Below are positions 1 through 14,169 of a stretch of 64,000 nucleotides of DNA, one piece after another. Position numbers and translations under genes: made by a program. The stretch's first letter is position 1; every line of letters starts with the position of its first letter. The stretch is from contig JBHGNT010000002.1 in assembly GCA_043228905.1 (NCBI GenBank), positions 5,332,001 to 5,396,000 of the forward strand, written 5' to 3'. Under the pieces are notes generated by a model that was given only the letters and a program-made list of their open reading frames with translations, searched no databases and had not been told where the DNA came from. The stretch is from Azolla caroliniana. Taxonomy: Eukaryota; Plantae; Polypodiophyta.

Positions 1-899
1 TTGTGTTTGAATTTGTGCATATGTATCATGTTTTTGTTTATGAGAAAAATGTTAGGACAATGGTTATACATTGTGCTTTGACATGTAATGTTTTTTTATG
101 TGATAAACATAAAATGGATGGAGATCAATATTATGCTAAATTTGATGTTGCCTCCTCATGGCATAGCTAGTAGATAATGGCATCTATTGCGTGATATCGA
201 TGAAAGTATATAGTATGCTTCATTCAAACATGATGCGATGAAGTACATGATTAGACAATCCCAATATGTGTGTGATCAAATCAATCAACCATTTACAAGA
301 ATAGACACATAGAGAGAGAAAACACATGTTTGAATATTGGGGTTTTATTAAAACTTGTGTCGAATATGAAGTCATTAGTTCAATGCTTTTTAACTTGTAG
401 TTTAGGAAATACGATGTGGTATGATGGTAAAATGAGACATAGACTATTGCGAATAGTGTTAAAATGGATTAGATAATTGGTGAATTGACATTATTAGGCT
501 AAATTATACCATGGTTCATAACAATGCAACATGAATGAAGTGACAACTATTTGATGTGGCTTCATGAATCATGTAGATAACTTATAACCACGTTCAAAAT
601 TGTATGGTTCCTCGAAGGACACAATTTGTTAGGTCTAGTTATAGACATTATGATTCATAAGAAAACATTAATTATGCATGCTATGTAATAAGTATAGTTA
701 TATTGAAAAAAAAGAAGTCCAGACACTCAACGACTTCTCAAATGCATTGGTTGGACATAGGAAGTACAAGTTCAATGATATGTCCAAAAAATACCTGGTG
801 GTCGACATAAAAGAATTGTTAGTGAATACAATAATTTAATTTATGGTTTTGGATGTTCTTGTAAGATTCGATGCAATACATTGCTATAAGAAAATGAGA

Positions 900-1260
900 T
901 CTATTTCAACTAGACGTCACCATGGAACAATTTGATAGTAGAATATATTGTCCTCCCATGAACAAACAAAAAACAAGAAATGTCGAGTAAGTGTAATTTA
1001 TCAAACTATGTGGTACAAAAACCAAGAAAGCACGGGATGTCATACGAATGAATTCTTCAACAAAGTGCCAACCAAATGGTAATTGTGAAGCCAATGGTTT
1101 GTTAAAATGTTTGTTGGTGCCAATTACAATAATGAGACAACTAATTGACATGAAATTATGATGTTTAAGACGATGGAAATACTTCATTGATCCTCATATA
1201 TTGGACACTTGATTGTGTCACAAACTCTCTCACACACTTGCTCTAGAAGTGGTAAGTTGT
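900..1260 (+). mobile_element. Highly decayed hAT-like transposase remnant
   Basis: Frame-broken translation near 1100-1250 resembles the hAT motifs 'NV..ITDN..NC' and 'PHI.WT.C..H.L.LALE' (cctcatatattggacac...acttgctctagaa). No intact ORF; the limits are approximate. Confidence 0.3.
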
Positions 1261-3049
1261 AACTATATGATCAATATGATTGATTGAAGTGAGATAATGC
1301 TCATTGCTCTTATATGTTGGAAAAGGAAGTAAAAGCATGTCCAAAAGTGCCACTAAGCATGATGTCTCTAGTCCGCTGGACTTGCATTAAATCAGTTTCA
1401 GTCACGCTTTTTCTCTCACTCTTTCCCCTTCTCCATTCCATAACCCTAACATACTTCACATGTGCATGCCCCTACATGGCTAGTTGCAATAGTTACCATA
1501 GTTTGTGTCCATGTGTCACTCACTTTATGTCAAATGTCTATACCTCATACTCTACAAGTTTCACTACCATCGGATGTAGACTCCATACTCGCATGACTCA
1601 TAGAAAGCACGTGTAAATTGCATTCGGGAAATATGAAGCCTGTAATTCAGAGGGCTCCATTGTTATCTAGACTAGTAAAATTCAAAACGAATGTATACAA
1701 GTTACAACCTAGTTCACATTCCACGTGGCGAAAAAAAGATCGAGCCCGCCTTTAAGATAAATGATGGTAATTTATTTTAAGAATGAGATAACAACGAGAT
1801 AGTAAGAGAGGAGAGCAAGATATCAATCGTCTCGAAGAGAACAAGATGCTTCAAATTATGAAGGCAAATATTTAGAGAAAATTGATTTCAATAAGGCAAA
1901 AGGCCTCGATTTTTAGATAATCAAAATTTGATACACTCCATTGTATTTTAAAAGATAATGTTTGTCAGGGACCTTGGAATGTGATCAATTTTTATTGCAA
2001 ACAAAGTGACACTATTACAAATATTCCTCCTTGGTAAGTGTTTTCAAACATTAATGGGCACCTCAAAACAATGTATAAGGAAATTTCAAGGGAATATTGT
2101 ACCTATATTATAAAGGGCAAGAAAAGAATCCCTTAGAAAGAGGAGAAAGAATAACTTCATAAATGATCGAGATCACATTACGTGGATATCGAAACGAGAA
2201 AATATTTAGAAATTGTTGTCTTTCACTAAGAAATATAACAACCTGCCTCGGTGCCACTCCACTTCAGACATGCCCATCGATACCAGTGAAATATATTGAC
2301 TAGCGAGGAAGTTTTCCGTAAGCCTGAATCCACATTCCAAAGTGCCCGACATGGCTGAACCTTAGGAAGTGTTATGATTAACTACATTCAGAGGCTTGAA
2401 TTTAACTATATATATATATATAGTCAAGTGCATAGCTTGATCAATATTCTCTTCTTGAGACTAAACTAATCTTGAATGATATTATTTGTTGCGAGTTTAC
2501 ACGGTAGTCCCTTCCTAAATTGGATTGGTATTATGAAACAAATAATTGGGGTTCTCTCGAACCCTCAAATAGGAATAATAACACCGGACAAGGAGAACCA
2601 GATTATTAGCGGGAGGAGCAAAGCTAAGAAAATCAAATCATTGACTGAAAGTATTGTGCCGTTTCCATATTCTAGTCACAAGAAAATTACATGTTTATCT
2701 ATATAGAATTACATGTTCACCAAATTGATTTAAGATGCAAAAATCAGCTCATATTAAATATGTCTTGACATTTATGGTTCAAACAAGGTATCTCTTGAAC
2801 GAGAGTCTACATTGCCCTAAGGGGAAAACTATAGAAGGGTTAAGATTAGCAATAGTCAAATTTGCCATCACCTAGAATCATAGTCCACATTCTGAAATTA
2901 TTATCCTTGTTGGCATCATTAAAAGCTATTTGTATATTTCTTTCCATAGGCTAGGTTTTTATGAAATTTATGCACATAATTTTGGCATGACTTCAAGAAC
3001 CCCAAGGAGGATTGCAACTAGGGGTTATGATTGATTAAAAAAATACGCG

Positions 3050-3560
3050 CTCCACTCCAAAGTCCACTAGAGTGGTTCTAGTGTTGAACATTATACATTT
3101 TGCATTGTTGTGACAATGAAGGTTGAGGTTAACCGAACTTAATCTTCCAATAACATGTCCATTGGAAAAATAGGTAGAATGTTCACAATTTTGATTTTAT
3201 ATGCATCAAATGTTGGGGGAGGGGTGGAGGAGCTATCTATTTCTAAGTGAGATGTCAAAATCTCACAAGGTATATAATGTGTTGCTTGGTCATACATATG
3301 TTGGGTGGATCAACATAAAAAAAGGTTGTGTGAGATTAACCATCAACAATATTGCCAATAATAACTTAGGATACCAAATTATGACCACTAAGGGTTACTG
3401 GCGATGCACGTGGAAGTCTTATTGTGCTCTGATCTTCATCCACCAACTTGTTCTATTGGGAAAACTCTTCATAATCCCTCGTAACAATCATTTGAGCACA
3501 ATTGCGCCTTCATGTGATGTGATGAGTTTCTAAGGTGGGTAGAGGCTTACCCATATAAGT
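3050..3560 (-). mobile_element. Decayed Helitron PIF1-helicase C-terminal remnant
   Basis: The minus strand gives frame-broken matches to 'G.PPH.L.L.EGAIV' near 3490-3550 and 'PIFSNGH' near 3155-3180 (canonical PVFSHGQLYVALSRV), in the expected order. Confidence 0.35.
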
Positions 3561-4318
3561 TGAGGTCTATGAAGCACAAGCTTAATGACAGGGCAAAATA
3601 TCGAGTATAATGAAGGTTTAATAATTAATGTTTTGGTTAACATAATCACAGGTAGAGGTTAGAGTAAGTCAAGGTTTGATAAATCCTAGTTAATTAAGCC
3701 TAAGGCTACTAAGAGTTAAGGTCAAGATTAGCCATAACCAAGCTTATGATTTAATTAATGAGAAGATTGAGGATTAAGGTTGAATATAATTAAGGGAGGA
3801 GTGTAAATGTACTCAATGTTTAGATGAACCGGAGATAAGATGAAGATTAAAATGCTAAACTTGAGACTAACTTTAGTCAAGGTTGTAGTTGAGACTAAGT
3901 ATGGTTTAAGGATCGAGGTTAAGTGTACTCGATGTTTAGATGAACTATAGCGAGGACGAATGTTAAATATAACTAAGGTGGGGGCCAATATAAACTATAA
4001 AAAAACATTGAGTTTCTCGAGGAATGAGATTGATGATTCCCATACACTTAGATACGAAAATTCTTACAACTTTAATTGCCTATGCAAGTAACAGTTGAAT
4101 GTTGTCTTTTATACAAGCAAGATCCACCGGGCTTTTGGGTGGGATCGAAGGGAAAAATGAGCATCTAGTGTTAACGTTTAGAAAACATAGCATGGTACTC
4201 GAAACATACGAGAGAGAGAGAGGGAGAGAGGGAGAGGTACCGAGAGAGGTACATGTGGGAAATCATAATAGTTACGGAGTCGACCTGTCAAGGGTTACGA
4301 TTAATTAGATGCGAGGTT

Positions 4319-4606
4319 AAGATTAGCGATACAATTAAGGTTGAGACTAATTGCGCTTAACAATAACTAACATTGAGGCCGATGAGTAGGACTTAACAAT
4401 AGTAAGATTAGCGATACAATTAAGGTTGAGACTAATTGTGCTTAACAATAACTAACATTGAGGCCGATGAGTAGGACTTAACAATAGTAAGATTATTGAT
4501 ACAATTAAGGTTGAGACTAATTGCGCTTAACAATAACTAACATTGAGGCCGATGAGTAGGACTTAACAATAGTAAGATTAGCGATACAATTAAGGTTGAG
4601 ACTAAT
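4319..4606. repeat. 85-bp tandem repeat, about 3.4 copies
   Basis: The unit aagattagcgatacaattaaggttgag...ggacttaacaatagt starts at 4319, 4404, 4489 and 4574. Confidence 0.95.
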
Positions 4607-4611
4607 AGTAA

Positions 4612-4638
4612 GGTTAGGGTTTAGGGTTTAGGGTTTGG
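4612..4638 (+). repeat. Short interstitial plant telomere-type (TTTAGGG)n / telo-box tract
   Basis: ggttagggtttagggtttagggtttgg. Confidence 0.85.
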
Positions 4639-5529
4639 ATTGAAAGTAACCATGGTTAAGTAAATGGTGAAGAAGGGTGAGGGTTTTAAGTGAGGATAGG
4701 TGAGAGACCTTAACTAGGGTTTAGCTTGACTATGGTTAAATCTAACTAGGGTTAATTTTTAACCGGGGTTAAGAGTAGCGCACTCTGTTCGAAAAGCTTC
4801 TGAGATGAAAGGAAATGTCTGCAGAAAGCATGCGGGGAAATCCGTATTTCTTTTTCCTGACGCCCTTTTGAAAGCAATAGAGAAAAAGCTCTCTGCAGCA
4901 GAGAAGAAACAGAGAAACAGAGAAACAGAGAAGAGAGAGAGATGCAGGAAAAACGAAAAGCAATACAGAAATTTTTACTGCCACTGAGAAAGATGAAGAA
5001 ATTCCTTATAATCCCAATGCTATTCTAACAAACAAACAACAAAAAAAAAGAAAAGCAAAAAGAAAGAAAGAAAAGCTCAGAAGAGAGTGTGGAGAGGAAG
5101 AAGAGAAAAAATAAGCTATCTAATATGTACACACACACACACACAGAAGTCCTCTCTCCCCTCTGTTTTTTTCTGCAGTGATAAAGCATAAAAGCACACC
5201 CTCTTTCAAACTTTCAACTCTTCTGATAAAGACCCACTATTTCTTTCTTTGGTTTCTTCCTAAACTTTTTTTTGTTTTTTTTTTTGTTTTCCCCTTTTGC
5301 CATAGCTGAGCTTCACTCACTTTCTTCTTTACGCCTGCCTCTTCTGAGTAGTTTGTATCAAAATAACAATGCTTTTCGGAAGCCCCAAAAGGGTCTTCTA
5401 CAATTGGGTTCTCTTTCATCTTTCTTTAAACTAGTATCTTTTTTCTTCAGTAATATAGTTTCTCTGTTAAACAGAAAGAAAAGCTCTCTCTCTGTCTATC
5501 TACATGATGGAGATTATAGAAGATTTGAA

Positions 5530-8500
5530 ATGTTCCCAAAGAATCTTGAGAAGAACCTGTCTTTCAACAAAATAGAACAACAAAATGCCTCTTCGGGCCA
5601 GCAGCTTTGGGTGTGAAATGAATCTATGGGTTTTTGAAGACACCTTTCTCGATAAAAATGTTTTGAAATTCCATCTAATTTCTTATTGTGTTTTGCTTGT
5701 GATAGGTTATCAGAGTATAGCGACCATAATCAAAATAATCCTCCTCCTCCTCCTCCTCCTCTTCCTCATCATCATCATCATGCCTCTGAAGTGGTATCCT
5801 CATGGTGGCAGGGATTATCCAACAAGGTAAATTCTTTACCTTGCTTCCAATCCAAACCCTTTAGTTACAATTGCATTCTCAAATACATTATTATTTAAGT
5901 TATGGATCAAATCATGCAATGTTAATGACACCATGAACCAAAAGCTAAATTGTTGTCATTGTCAGTTTGAATGCAAGGGCTATAAGTAAACCCTTTATAC
6001 TATGATTTTTGTTTATGTTATTCTTCAGAATGCTGAATTGCTATGAAAGGGTTATATGTAATCAATATAGGCAATATTTTGCCCTATGCAAGGGTTATGT
6101 TATATATACAGTCCTTATGGAATGTATTTTGCCCTATTCAGGGGCTATAAACAGTCCTTGTATATAATCGTTGCAATAGCTGCATTGAATCCTCATATAA
6201 ACTATTTTATCTCCCCTTCTTCCTTACTAGTCTTATATTTCAAATAAAATAATGAATAGATAATTAGTAAAAGGAAATGTTGTCAAATTTCTAATGCAAG
6301 GGTATTTAAATCCTAGACTATATTTTGGTCACATGTGTATAATATATAGCTATTGTATACTATGATTTGCCGACCTTCTTCTTATGTGTATGCAAGGGGT
6401 ATATATTGTCCTTATAGATTATGTTTTGCTTTTATATCTCTGTGCAGGCGAATCCCCTACATCAGAAGTTTAATACTGAAGAAGAAAGTTTGTATAGATC
6501 CTCAATGACGAATTCTCACAATAATTTGTTTCGGCCTGATACCTTGCTCGCCCCTGAATTAATGCCAGCATCCTTTTCTTCTTTACTGTCACCTTCATCT
6601 CTTAAGGAAGGTGGTTATATGCACTCTTTCATGTCTGAGCTTCCACCAGATTATACTGATCCTGGGGTAAAGCTTTTATTAGATCATGCTTCAATATCGG
6701 GCTTGAGAGAGCTACATATAGTGGACGCCATGAATCTTTTGAATGACGTTCCATTGATTTCAGATATGAAGGGTATGGTAGAGAATAAGGGCTTTGGGGA
6801 ACAGGACAACAATTATATGGAAGAAGTAATGGATGGTGTGAACATGCAAAGCCAATTTGTAGGATATAATCCTCTCAATGCAACTACTTTTAACGTTTCC
6901 AAACTATATCTGAATGAGGCTGAGAATGCTGTATTGGATCCATTCAGTATTGGTTCTTGTGCATTTAGTGACCAAATGCTTATGATGAAGCCTAATCAAC
7001 TAGTGCCTTGTGATATTTCTCAAGGATTCTTTGGTTGTCAGGATGCATCCTCATCTCTTGTTAATAATGGTGAGGTAATGTGCCTGAGAAGTGATATTTC
7101 ACGGCAAAACTTGAAAATAAAATCCTTTGATGGATTGCTTGAAAATGGACAAGGTCATCATGGGTTTGAAAAGGATTTTGTTGCCTTACAATTCCACAGC
7201 CATAATAAAATTTTAGAGGACTCAGGGATGATTGATAGGGGCCTTTCTCATGGAAACCAACTTGCACCTAGGCTTACCACATCTGAGCTCTCAGTCATCA
7301 CTGACACTGATGAAAATCCAAGAGCATCATTGGCCCTTGCTCTCTTGGACAATATGGCACCTGATGAGCTTTGTGATGTGTCTGAAAAAGCACGATCTTT
7401 GTTTAAAGTTGAGGACAATACAAAACTAGAAGAAGAAGATAGTAAGCCCCACTATATTTGCAAATCAACTGTACAAGAAACTATTAGTCACAATTCTGAG
7501 TTTGAGATTGATAAAGAAGATCGAGATGATTCGCACGGTGTCGAAGAATGTGATGTCACTTTACATGAAGATGATGAGTTGAAGCATGAAAAAGATACCC
7601 GAGGGTCAGCGACGAAGATGGTTTCAGGTGATTTAGGGAAGAATAAAAAAGGATTACCTGCGAAGAACCTTCATGCAGAGCGGAGGCGAAGGAAAAAACT
7701 GAATGAACGCCTCTATCTACTCCGATCAATAGTACCAAAGATCTCCAAGGTGAAGTGTATGTTGTGGAAAAAAAAGAGGTCGTATGAATAGAAGAATGTT
7801 CATTTTATCTATATAGTGCACAAGGGTATATAGAACTTTGATATTATTTTATATCAAGTTCTAAGATTTGTCTAAAGTGTGGTTTGATCAAACTCTGCCT
7901 GATGTGTCAGCTATTCTATGTAGAAAATAAAAACTATGAGGTTTTTATGAATAAAAAGAATTTTCCTTTGTAAATGAATAGTACACTCTTAAGTTAATGC
8001 ATATGCTCATAATGTCAGAAAAAGTAATTACAAATCTGAACCATTTTATTTCTTCATAGATGGATCGCGCATCAATTCTAGGGGATGCAATTGACTACTT
8101 GAAAGAACTACTTGAACAAATAAATGATCTTAAAACGGAGCTGAAAGTGCCAGAAGGCATTGATTCAACAAGTTATCCTCGTGTTTCGAGTATTCCAGTA
8201 GCTGTTACATCCATGGCCAATTTGGTTGGGGGAATCAAAGAGGAGTTATCTACCTTCGTTGAATGTTCCGAGAAGTTACCTCCTAAGGTGGATCCACTGA
8301 TACCGATCTAAAGAAATTTCTAAATTTGTACATAATGTCCCTTACCATGCTTATTTAATTTTTGATATAAGTTATAGCTTCTCCCAAGTTCCCTATTATA
8401 AATCTACATAGAATTCTATATTCATACAGGCTTAAAATTTAATGTTTGCCCATGATTTGCGAACTCATCATCTGCATATCTAGGAAATAGAAAAAGTACA

Positions 8501-9584
8501 TTTGACAACAATCTATGACGAGGAGACACATTGTAATATCCCTAGTTTTTTACATGGGTCAAGATCATGAGTCTTGAGGTGTTATTCTCTAGTTTCTTTT
8601 CACGATTGGTCAAGATCCAAGTATTTTAAGGTTATCATTTCTTCAGGGTCATATACCACCGGGTTTTCTTTTCACCATGCTTCCTCCCTATTAAGTACGA
8701 GCTCTGGCTCCATCTCCCCTGAAGCGTGATTGTCTACTTGGTCCTTGGCTTTTCAATAGGGACAAAAGAGTTTTTCTCAATTACACCGATTTGTGTTCCT
8801 TTAAACCTTAACTTTGCATGTGGATATGTGTGGGTGTGTGTTGTGGTAAACCATTATTGAGCTTGGATTTTATTTAGGTGGAGGTGGATATTCGAGATGG
8901 GCGGAGTTTAAATATACACATGGTTTGCTCCGACCAACCGGGCTTGTTACTAGCGACAGTGCAAAAGCTTGACGAGCTTGGTCTGGATATTCAACAAGCT
9001 GTTGTCAGTTGTTTCAATGGTTTCAATTTAGATGTATTCCGTGCCGAGGTAAAAGAGTCACACCTTCCTTGCATATGCCCCCCTGTTTGGAAATTTTGCA
9101 TAATATTTTCGTTTTGCAAGATGTCCTCAGAAATTCCACTTTACTGCAGTATTCCACCTTTGAATCACGTTCCTGTGCACTCTCAAGTGCAAAGCTCATT
9201 CATAAAATTCTTGAACATCAGGAGTGGCTAACAGCTTTAAATAGACTAAATGAAAATTTTCCTGTTAGTCCCATACAAGCGTCATATTTAACATCCGAGA
9301 ACGATAATAAAGTCTTGCAATGTAATGTAAGAGAGAATTTGCTCAGATATTTAGGGGAAAGGTAATTTCATGGAATTTGGAAAATCGCAGTAGTAATTTT
9401 TGTCAAGTTCAAGAAAAATGAGTATTTGGTAACTTCCTATTTATTTTTATAATCTTGGATTTTTATTATTATATGTTTTTGACATCGCTATTTTGAATTC
9501 GTCTTTTAGCAACCTTTGGGAAAGGATATTCACCCCGATGAGGTGAAGACAGCCCTTCTGGAGACAACAGAGCTGTCAGGATAG
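5530..9584 (+). CDS. ICE1: ICE1/SCREAM-like bHLH (subfamily IIIb) transcription factor with C-terminal ACT-like domain; exons 5530-5612 (tentative), 5706-5826, 6448-7749, 8060-8287, 8878-9048, 9510-9584
   Basis: b[38 protein letters not shown]|[18 protein letters not shown] with the intron at the conserved position. ACT-like [17 protein letters not shown]...[22 protein letters not shown]. Last exon [24 protein letters not shown]. All introns are GT-AG with consistent phases. The first two exons (poly-Pro/poly-His) are less certain. Confidence 0.9.
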
Positions 9585-10231
9585 ACAATGGTAGATGGAA
9601 TCTTCTAGAAGAGAGCCAGCCAATTGAGGTAGCAACCTTCAAGAAAAATTGAAGAGGCAACAAAGCAGACCATTGTTGAAGATCAAGGATGTGCAAATAT
9701 TCTTGAAGAGTGAAAAGGATATAGGAACTTTCTAGACAAGTAAAAAGGAGGGCGATGCCAACACGTCATACGATTGGGCAGACAGCTTGAAATCATCATT
9801 TTGAATGTACCATGATTTCGAAGGAGCAAAAAAGCTCATTTTGGACGTCAAGATTCTTAGCTGTCTCATTTGATTTTTTGAGTGTCATCAATCTGTATGC
9901 TATCTGTATGCTTTAATTTACGACCATTCATACAAATTGAATCCAGAGGGGCTTAGATGTCTTGGTTCTCCAGAACATGTTTTTTTGAATGTCAACAACA
10001 TACATGCTTTTGTTTATAATCATTCTCAACAAATCAGATTTGAAGGGGCTTGGATGCTCTAATGTCCAGTAGATGTATCTCAGATTTATTCATTATTCTG
10101 GACAATGTATCGTAGTTGTACTTTGACAACTGTAATTTAGAATCTAGATCATGGTAGCATTAAACATTAACACATGGATATATTACATAACATTGCAAGT
10201 TCAAGCTCTAACTATAAGTATTGTTGTCTTT

Positions 10232-10662
10232 ATATTATTTGAGAGATTTCTCCCATGAACATGCATAGATTAATGCTGATTGTGAGAATTTCCAATGTTT
10301 TGGAAAAAATAATCATTATGTACAAGCCCCAATAGTTGTGGTAAATCAATATTGGAGTTCACAATATATTTTTGTCCACTAATCCCAATGAAACTACCAA
10401 ATGGCTAAGAAAACATAGAGAATACAATCTTGCTAACTTTAGATGATAATCCTTTATCTAAAACCTAGAACTCCCCCAAACTTCTGGATGATAGAATTCC
10501 CAAGAATTATAAGTACCATGATGCATACAAATATCCTTAGAAAACATTTCAACTATCCTTAGAAAACATTTCAACACCACTTCCATGAGTGAGCATAGGG
10601 AGCAATTGATAGTTGGATTTTACTATTGTTATGGGAGATCAAATATGACTCCCTAGTAGTTG
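10232..10662. repeat. Diverged third copy of the reductase 3'-flank
   Basis: Colinear with about 16790-17186 (direct) and about 39237-39630 (inverted). Shared stretches include ...tgctaactttagatgataa...tatctaaaacctagaactccccc...gggagcaattgatagttggatttt...tcaaatatgactcc. Confidence 0.9.
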
Positions 10663-13600
10663 TGGTGCCGACCTAAGAGTAGCATGTCATCCACGTAGAT
10701 GATGAGGAAGATGGGTGACCCATCTCGAGTTGTTTTTGTGAAGAGGCAGTGGTCCTCATCGCACTTGGAGAAGCTGATTGATTGGATGAAGTTGTCGAGC
10801 TTCTTATACCATAGTCTCAGTGCTTGCTTTAGGCCGTATAGACTCTTTTTGAGTCAGCAGACTAGATGTTCATGGCTAGATGCCACAAAGCTTTTCAGTT
10901 GGTCCATATAGATTTCCTCCTCTAAGTCACCATGGAGGAAGGTTGTTTTAACATCTAGCTAAGTCAACTCCAAATCCTCGGCAACCACAATGCCTAGCAC
11001 AAAACGAAGGGTTGTCGTTTTCACCACTGGTGAAAAGATTTCATCGAAATCGACGCCATATTCTTGTCAAAACCCTTTCGCAACTAATCTAGCCTTGAAT
11101 TTTCGGATGGTCAAATCAGACGTCTCTTTTAATCTGTAGACCCACTTGCATGGAAGAACACGTCGATTTTCCGGTAATTCAACCAAGTTCCAAGTCTTGT
11201 TTGCTCGAATGGAGTTCATTTCTGACTCCATCGCCAGATGTCATGTGGCCGAATTGACTGATGCCGATGTTTCTTTGTATGACATCCGTTCGTCAGCGTC
11301 GGTTCTCTGGGGGTTGCAACAGTCTCTCGGATATTCGAGGTATGACTAGACTAGTCGCATCGGGTGTCGAAGTCGAATGGTCCAAAGCCAATTCATTCGG
11401 ATGTGCCGAGTCAGTGGTAGAGGATTCAGTAGAAGTCGACCTCGTGTTATGGGTCGGGCCTTCGTGAAGGGTTCGCACGTCTGAGAAAACTACCCTTCGG
11501 ACTTCAATAGGCCTTTTGGCTGTCTTATGCATAACCGAACCGTAAGTAAGGCCTCTGCCCAAAAGTCATCCGACAATCCAGAGTGTTGGAGCATGGATAC
11601 TATCCATTCTTGAATTGTTCGATTCATCCGCTCGGCAATTCTGTTATGCTCCAGACTATAGGGTGCGGTATATTCACGTCGAATGTCGCGTTGTCGGCAA
11701 AATCTGACGAATTCTTTAGACTTGAACTCTCCTCCATTATCAGTTCGAAGACATTTTAGCTTTCGATCGGACTAGTTCTCTACCATAGTGAGCCATTTGG
11801 AAAAAATCGACATCACTCGATCTTTGGTTTTGATTAGATAAGCCCACACCTTGCAAGTCGAGTTGTCGATAAAGCTACTGAAGTATAGGGCACCGCCGAG
11901 AGACTGATGTGGCATAAGGCCACAGACGTCCGAGTGGACCAAATGGAGTGGACTCGATTCTCTCAGTGTTGATGTCGGGTGTGATGCAACTATTTGTTTA
12001 CCATATTGGCAATGCTCGCAAAATTGATGATCGGAGAAGGAGAGTTTGGGGATGTACTCGGCTCTAGATAGATGCGTGATGTTGGCCTTGATGAGGTGTC
12101 TGAGTCTTCCATGCCATTGTGATGACATGGGAATGTCAAACAAGAACAAGTCACCCTCTTTGAGTGTGACGTATAACAGGTATAACGAAAGTACTTTCGG
12201 TCCTCGAGCAAGCTGGAGGTTCCCCCCTGATGAGAAGCCGGCACGGATGCCGTCTTCATCAAGTTGTCCAACTGAGATCAATGGCCTTGAGAGCTCAAGT
12301 ACATGTCGGACATTGTGTAGTATCAATGTAGAGCCACTCGGAAGGTTGAGCTCTATTGTGCCGATTCTGATAATAGTGCAGTGTTGCGAATTTCCAACTC
12401 GTATTGAGTCGGAGTGTTGGACTGAATATAGCTGAAATTGTGATATGTGAGGAGTCACATGATAAGATGCACCCGAATCCAAGAGCCATGTGCTCGATTC
12501 CTCAGTCGTAAGCAGAACTTCTGATTCGATTGGGTTCTCAATGGATAGTATGTTTGGGTCGTTCAACAGTACTTCGACTGAAGAGCTGATGTAATTGACC
12601 TCCTCATGTCGGCCACTCTTTTGATCAGCTCGTTGAGCCTTATAATTCAGATTGACTTTGAGTGTACGACAATCGGCTTTGATATGCCTGGGTTTCTTGC
12701 GATAGTTGTAGATTCGATTGTCTTGGGACTTGCTCTGACTTCGTTGGTTGTTCGGTTGTTGGGAAGAGCTTCTTCCTCAATTGTCCGATCGTTCAGTCAA
12801 ACTTTGTACTACGTAAGCGCCGTTGGCCGAATCATTTGCAAATGATTTTCTCCGAGCTGCTTCAGTCAGGATTGCGCTCGTGACTGCGGAGTGCTTAACA
12901 ACGGTAGTTGATGCATTGCACACAGTTGTGACGAAAGTTTGCTACGAAGGGGGGAGACTACTCATGAGCAACATTGCTCTTAGTTCATCTTCGATTGTCG
13001 TCCCCTGAACCGAGATCTGGGAGTTTAAACTTTCATACTCGTTTAGATGTGATTGCACCGAGTTAAATTCTTTCATCCATAGGTTGTAGAGATGCCGAAT
13101 CAAATATATCTTTGTGGCGGCAACCTTCTTCTCATAAGTGTCCGACAATGTCTTCCATAGGTGAAAGGTTGTGGAACACAATTGCATTGTGAAGTACACT
13201 GACTCCGACAAGTGCATCCAAATCGTGACGCATACAATTCTTTGCAGCTTCTGCCACTCAATCGGCTTGTATCCTTCTAGAGGGTTTTCGATTTCGATGG
13301 GGTCGATTTGCCCCTTGACTATCAAATAGTCTTGTATCTGCTCCTTCCAGAAGTTGAAGTTCGATCCGTCAAACTTACTTAGACTCATCTTTGACAAGCC
13401 GGATGTTGATGCCATCTGTGTTGATTTACTAAACTTTGTCTGGAGTCGAATACGAATAGTGGTGGACTGCAGTTGATTGGCTCACTCAATGTTGTTCTAG
13501 TCGGATTTGGACACAAGTCGAATCGATTTCGATTGTTGGCGAATTCTGTCCGAAGTGACTACTGTAAATCGACTTAGCCGAATTGGACTCGAATTTGCCG

Positions 13601-14086
13601 ATTCGATTTCGAATGTCGATCACTGATTATGTGCCAATTATTTAGGTCGATCCTGCTTCGAATGACGACAACGATGAGAGGGACGAAGCCAAGTGGTCCT
13701 CCCGAGTGTCGTTCAGCCAAATGAAACACGGATCGAGGTTCTTCCTTGGAACAGGATCTGCTTTGAGTGATTATGACAAGCAAGTAGATTGTGTCTAACT
13801 TGGTAAAGCAAGGTACAATCGGTTGGCTTACCTCAAGAGTGATCTAGCTCAATGGAATGCAAATCGTCTATTTTCTTTCTCTCCTCAAGGTGAGACCTTG
13901 AACTCAGGTTCTTCAGGGGAGACGAATCAAGAATGCTCTTGAAAACTAATGACAGTTGGTAGCGAGTTGAAGAACCTCTGCTCTGATACCATATGTTGGC
14001 GACTGAGACCGTCAGTGCATAAAACATTAACAACACTTTGCGATGAAGATCATCGAGTGCATAGGATGAAGGCAAGATCAGAGAAC

Positions 14087-14169
<83 letters not shown>

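Noticed and set aside
4319-4606. 85-bp array as a CRISPR or RNA gene cluster
   Set aside because: The units are near-identical head-to-tail copies with no unique spacers and no recognisable RNA fold.
4612-4638. True chromosome end
   Set aside because: There are only about three units, with ordinary sequence on both sides.
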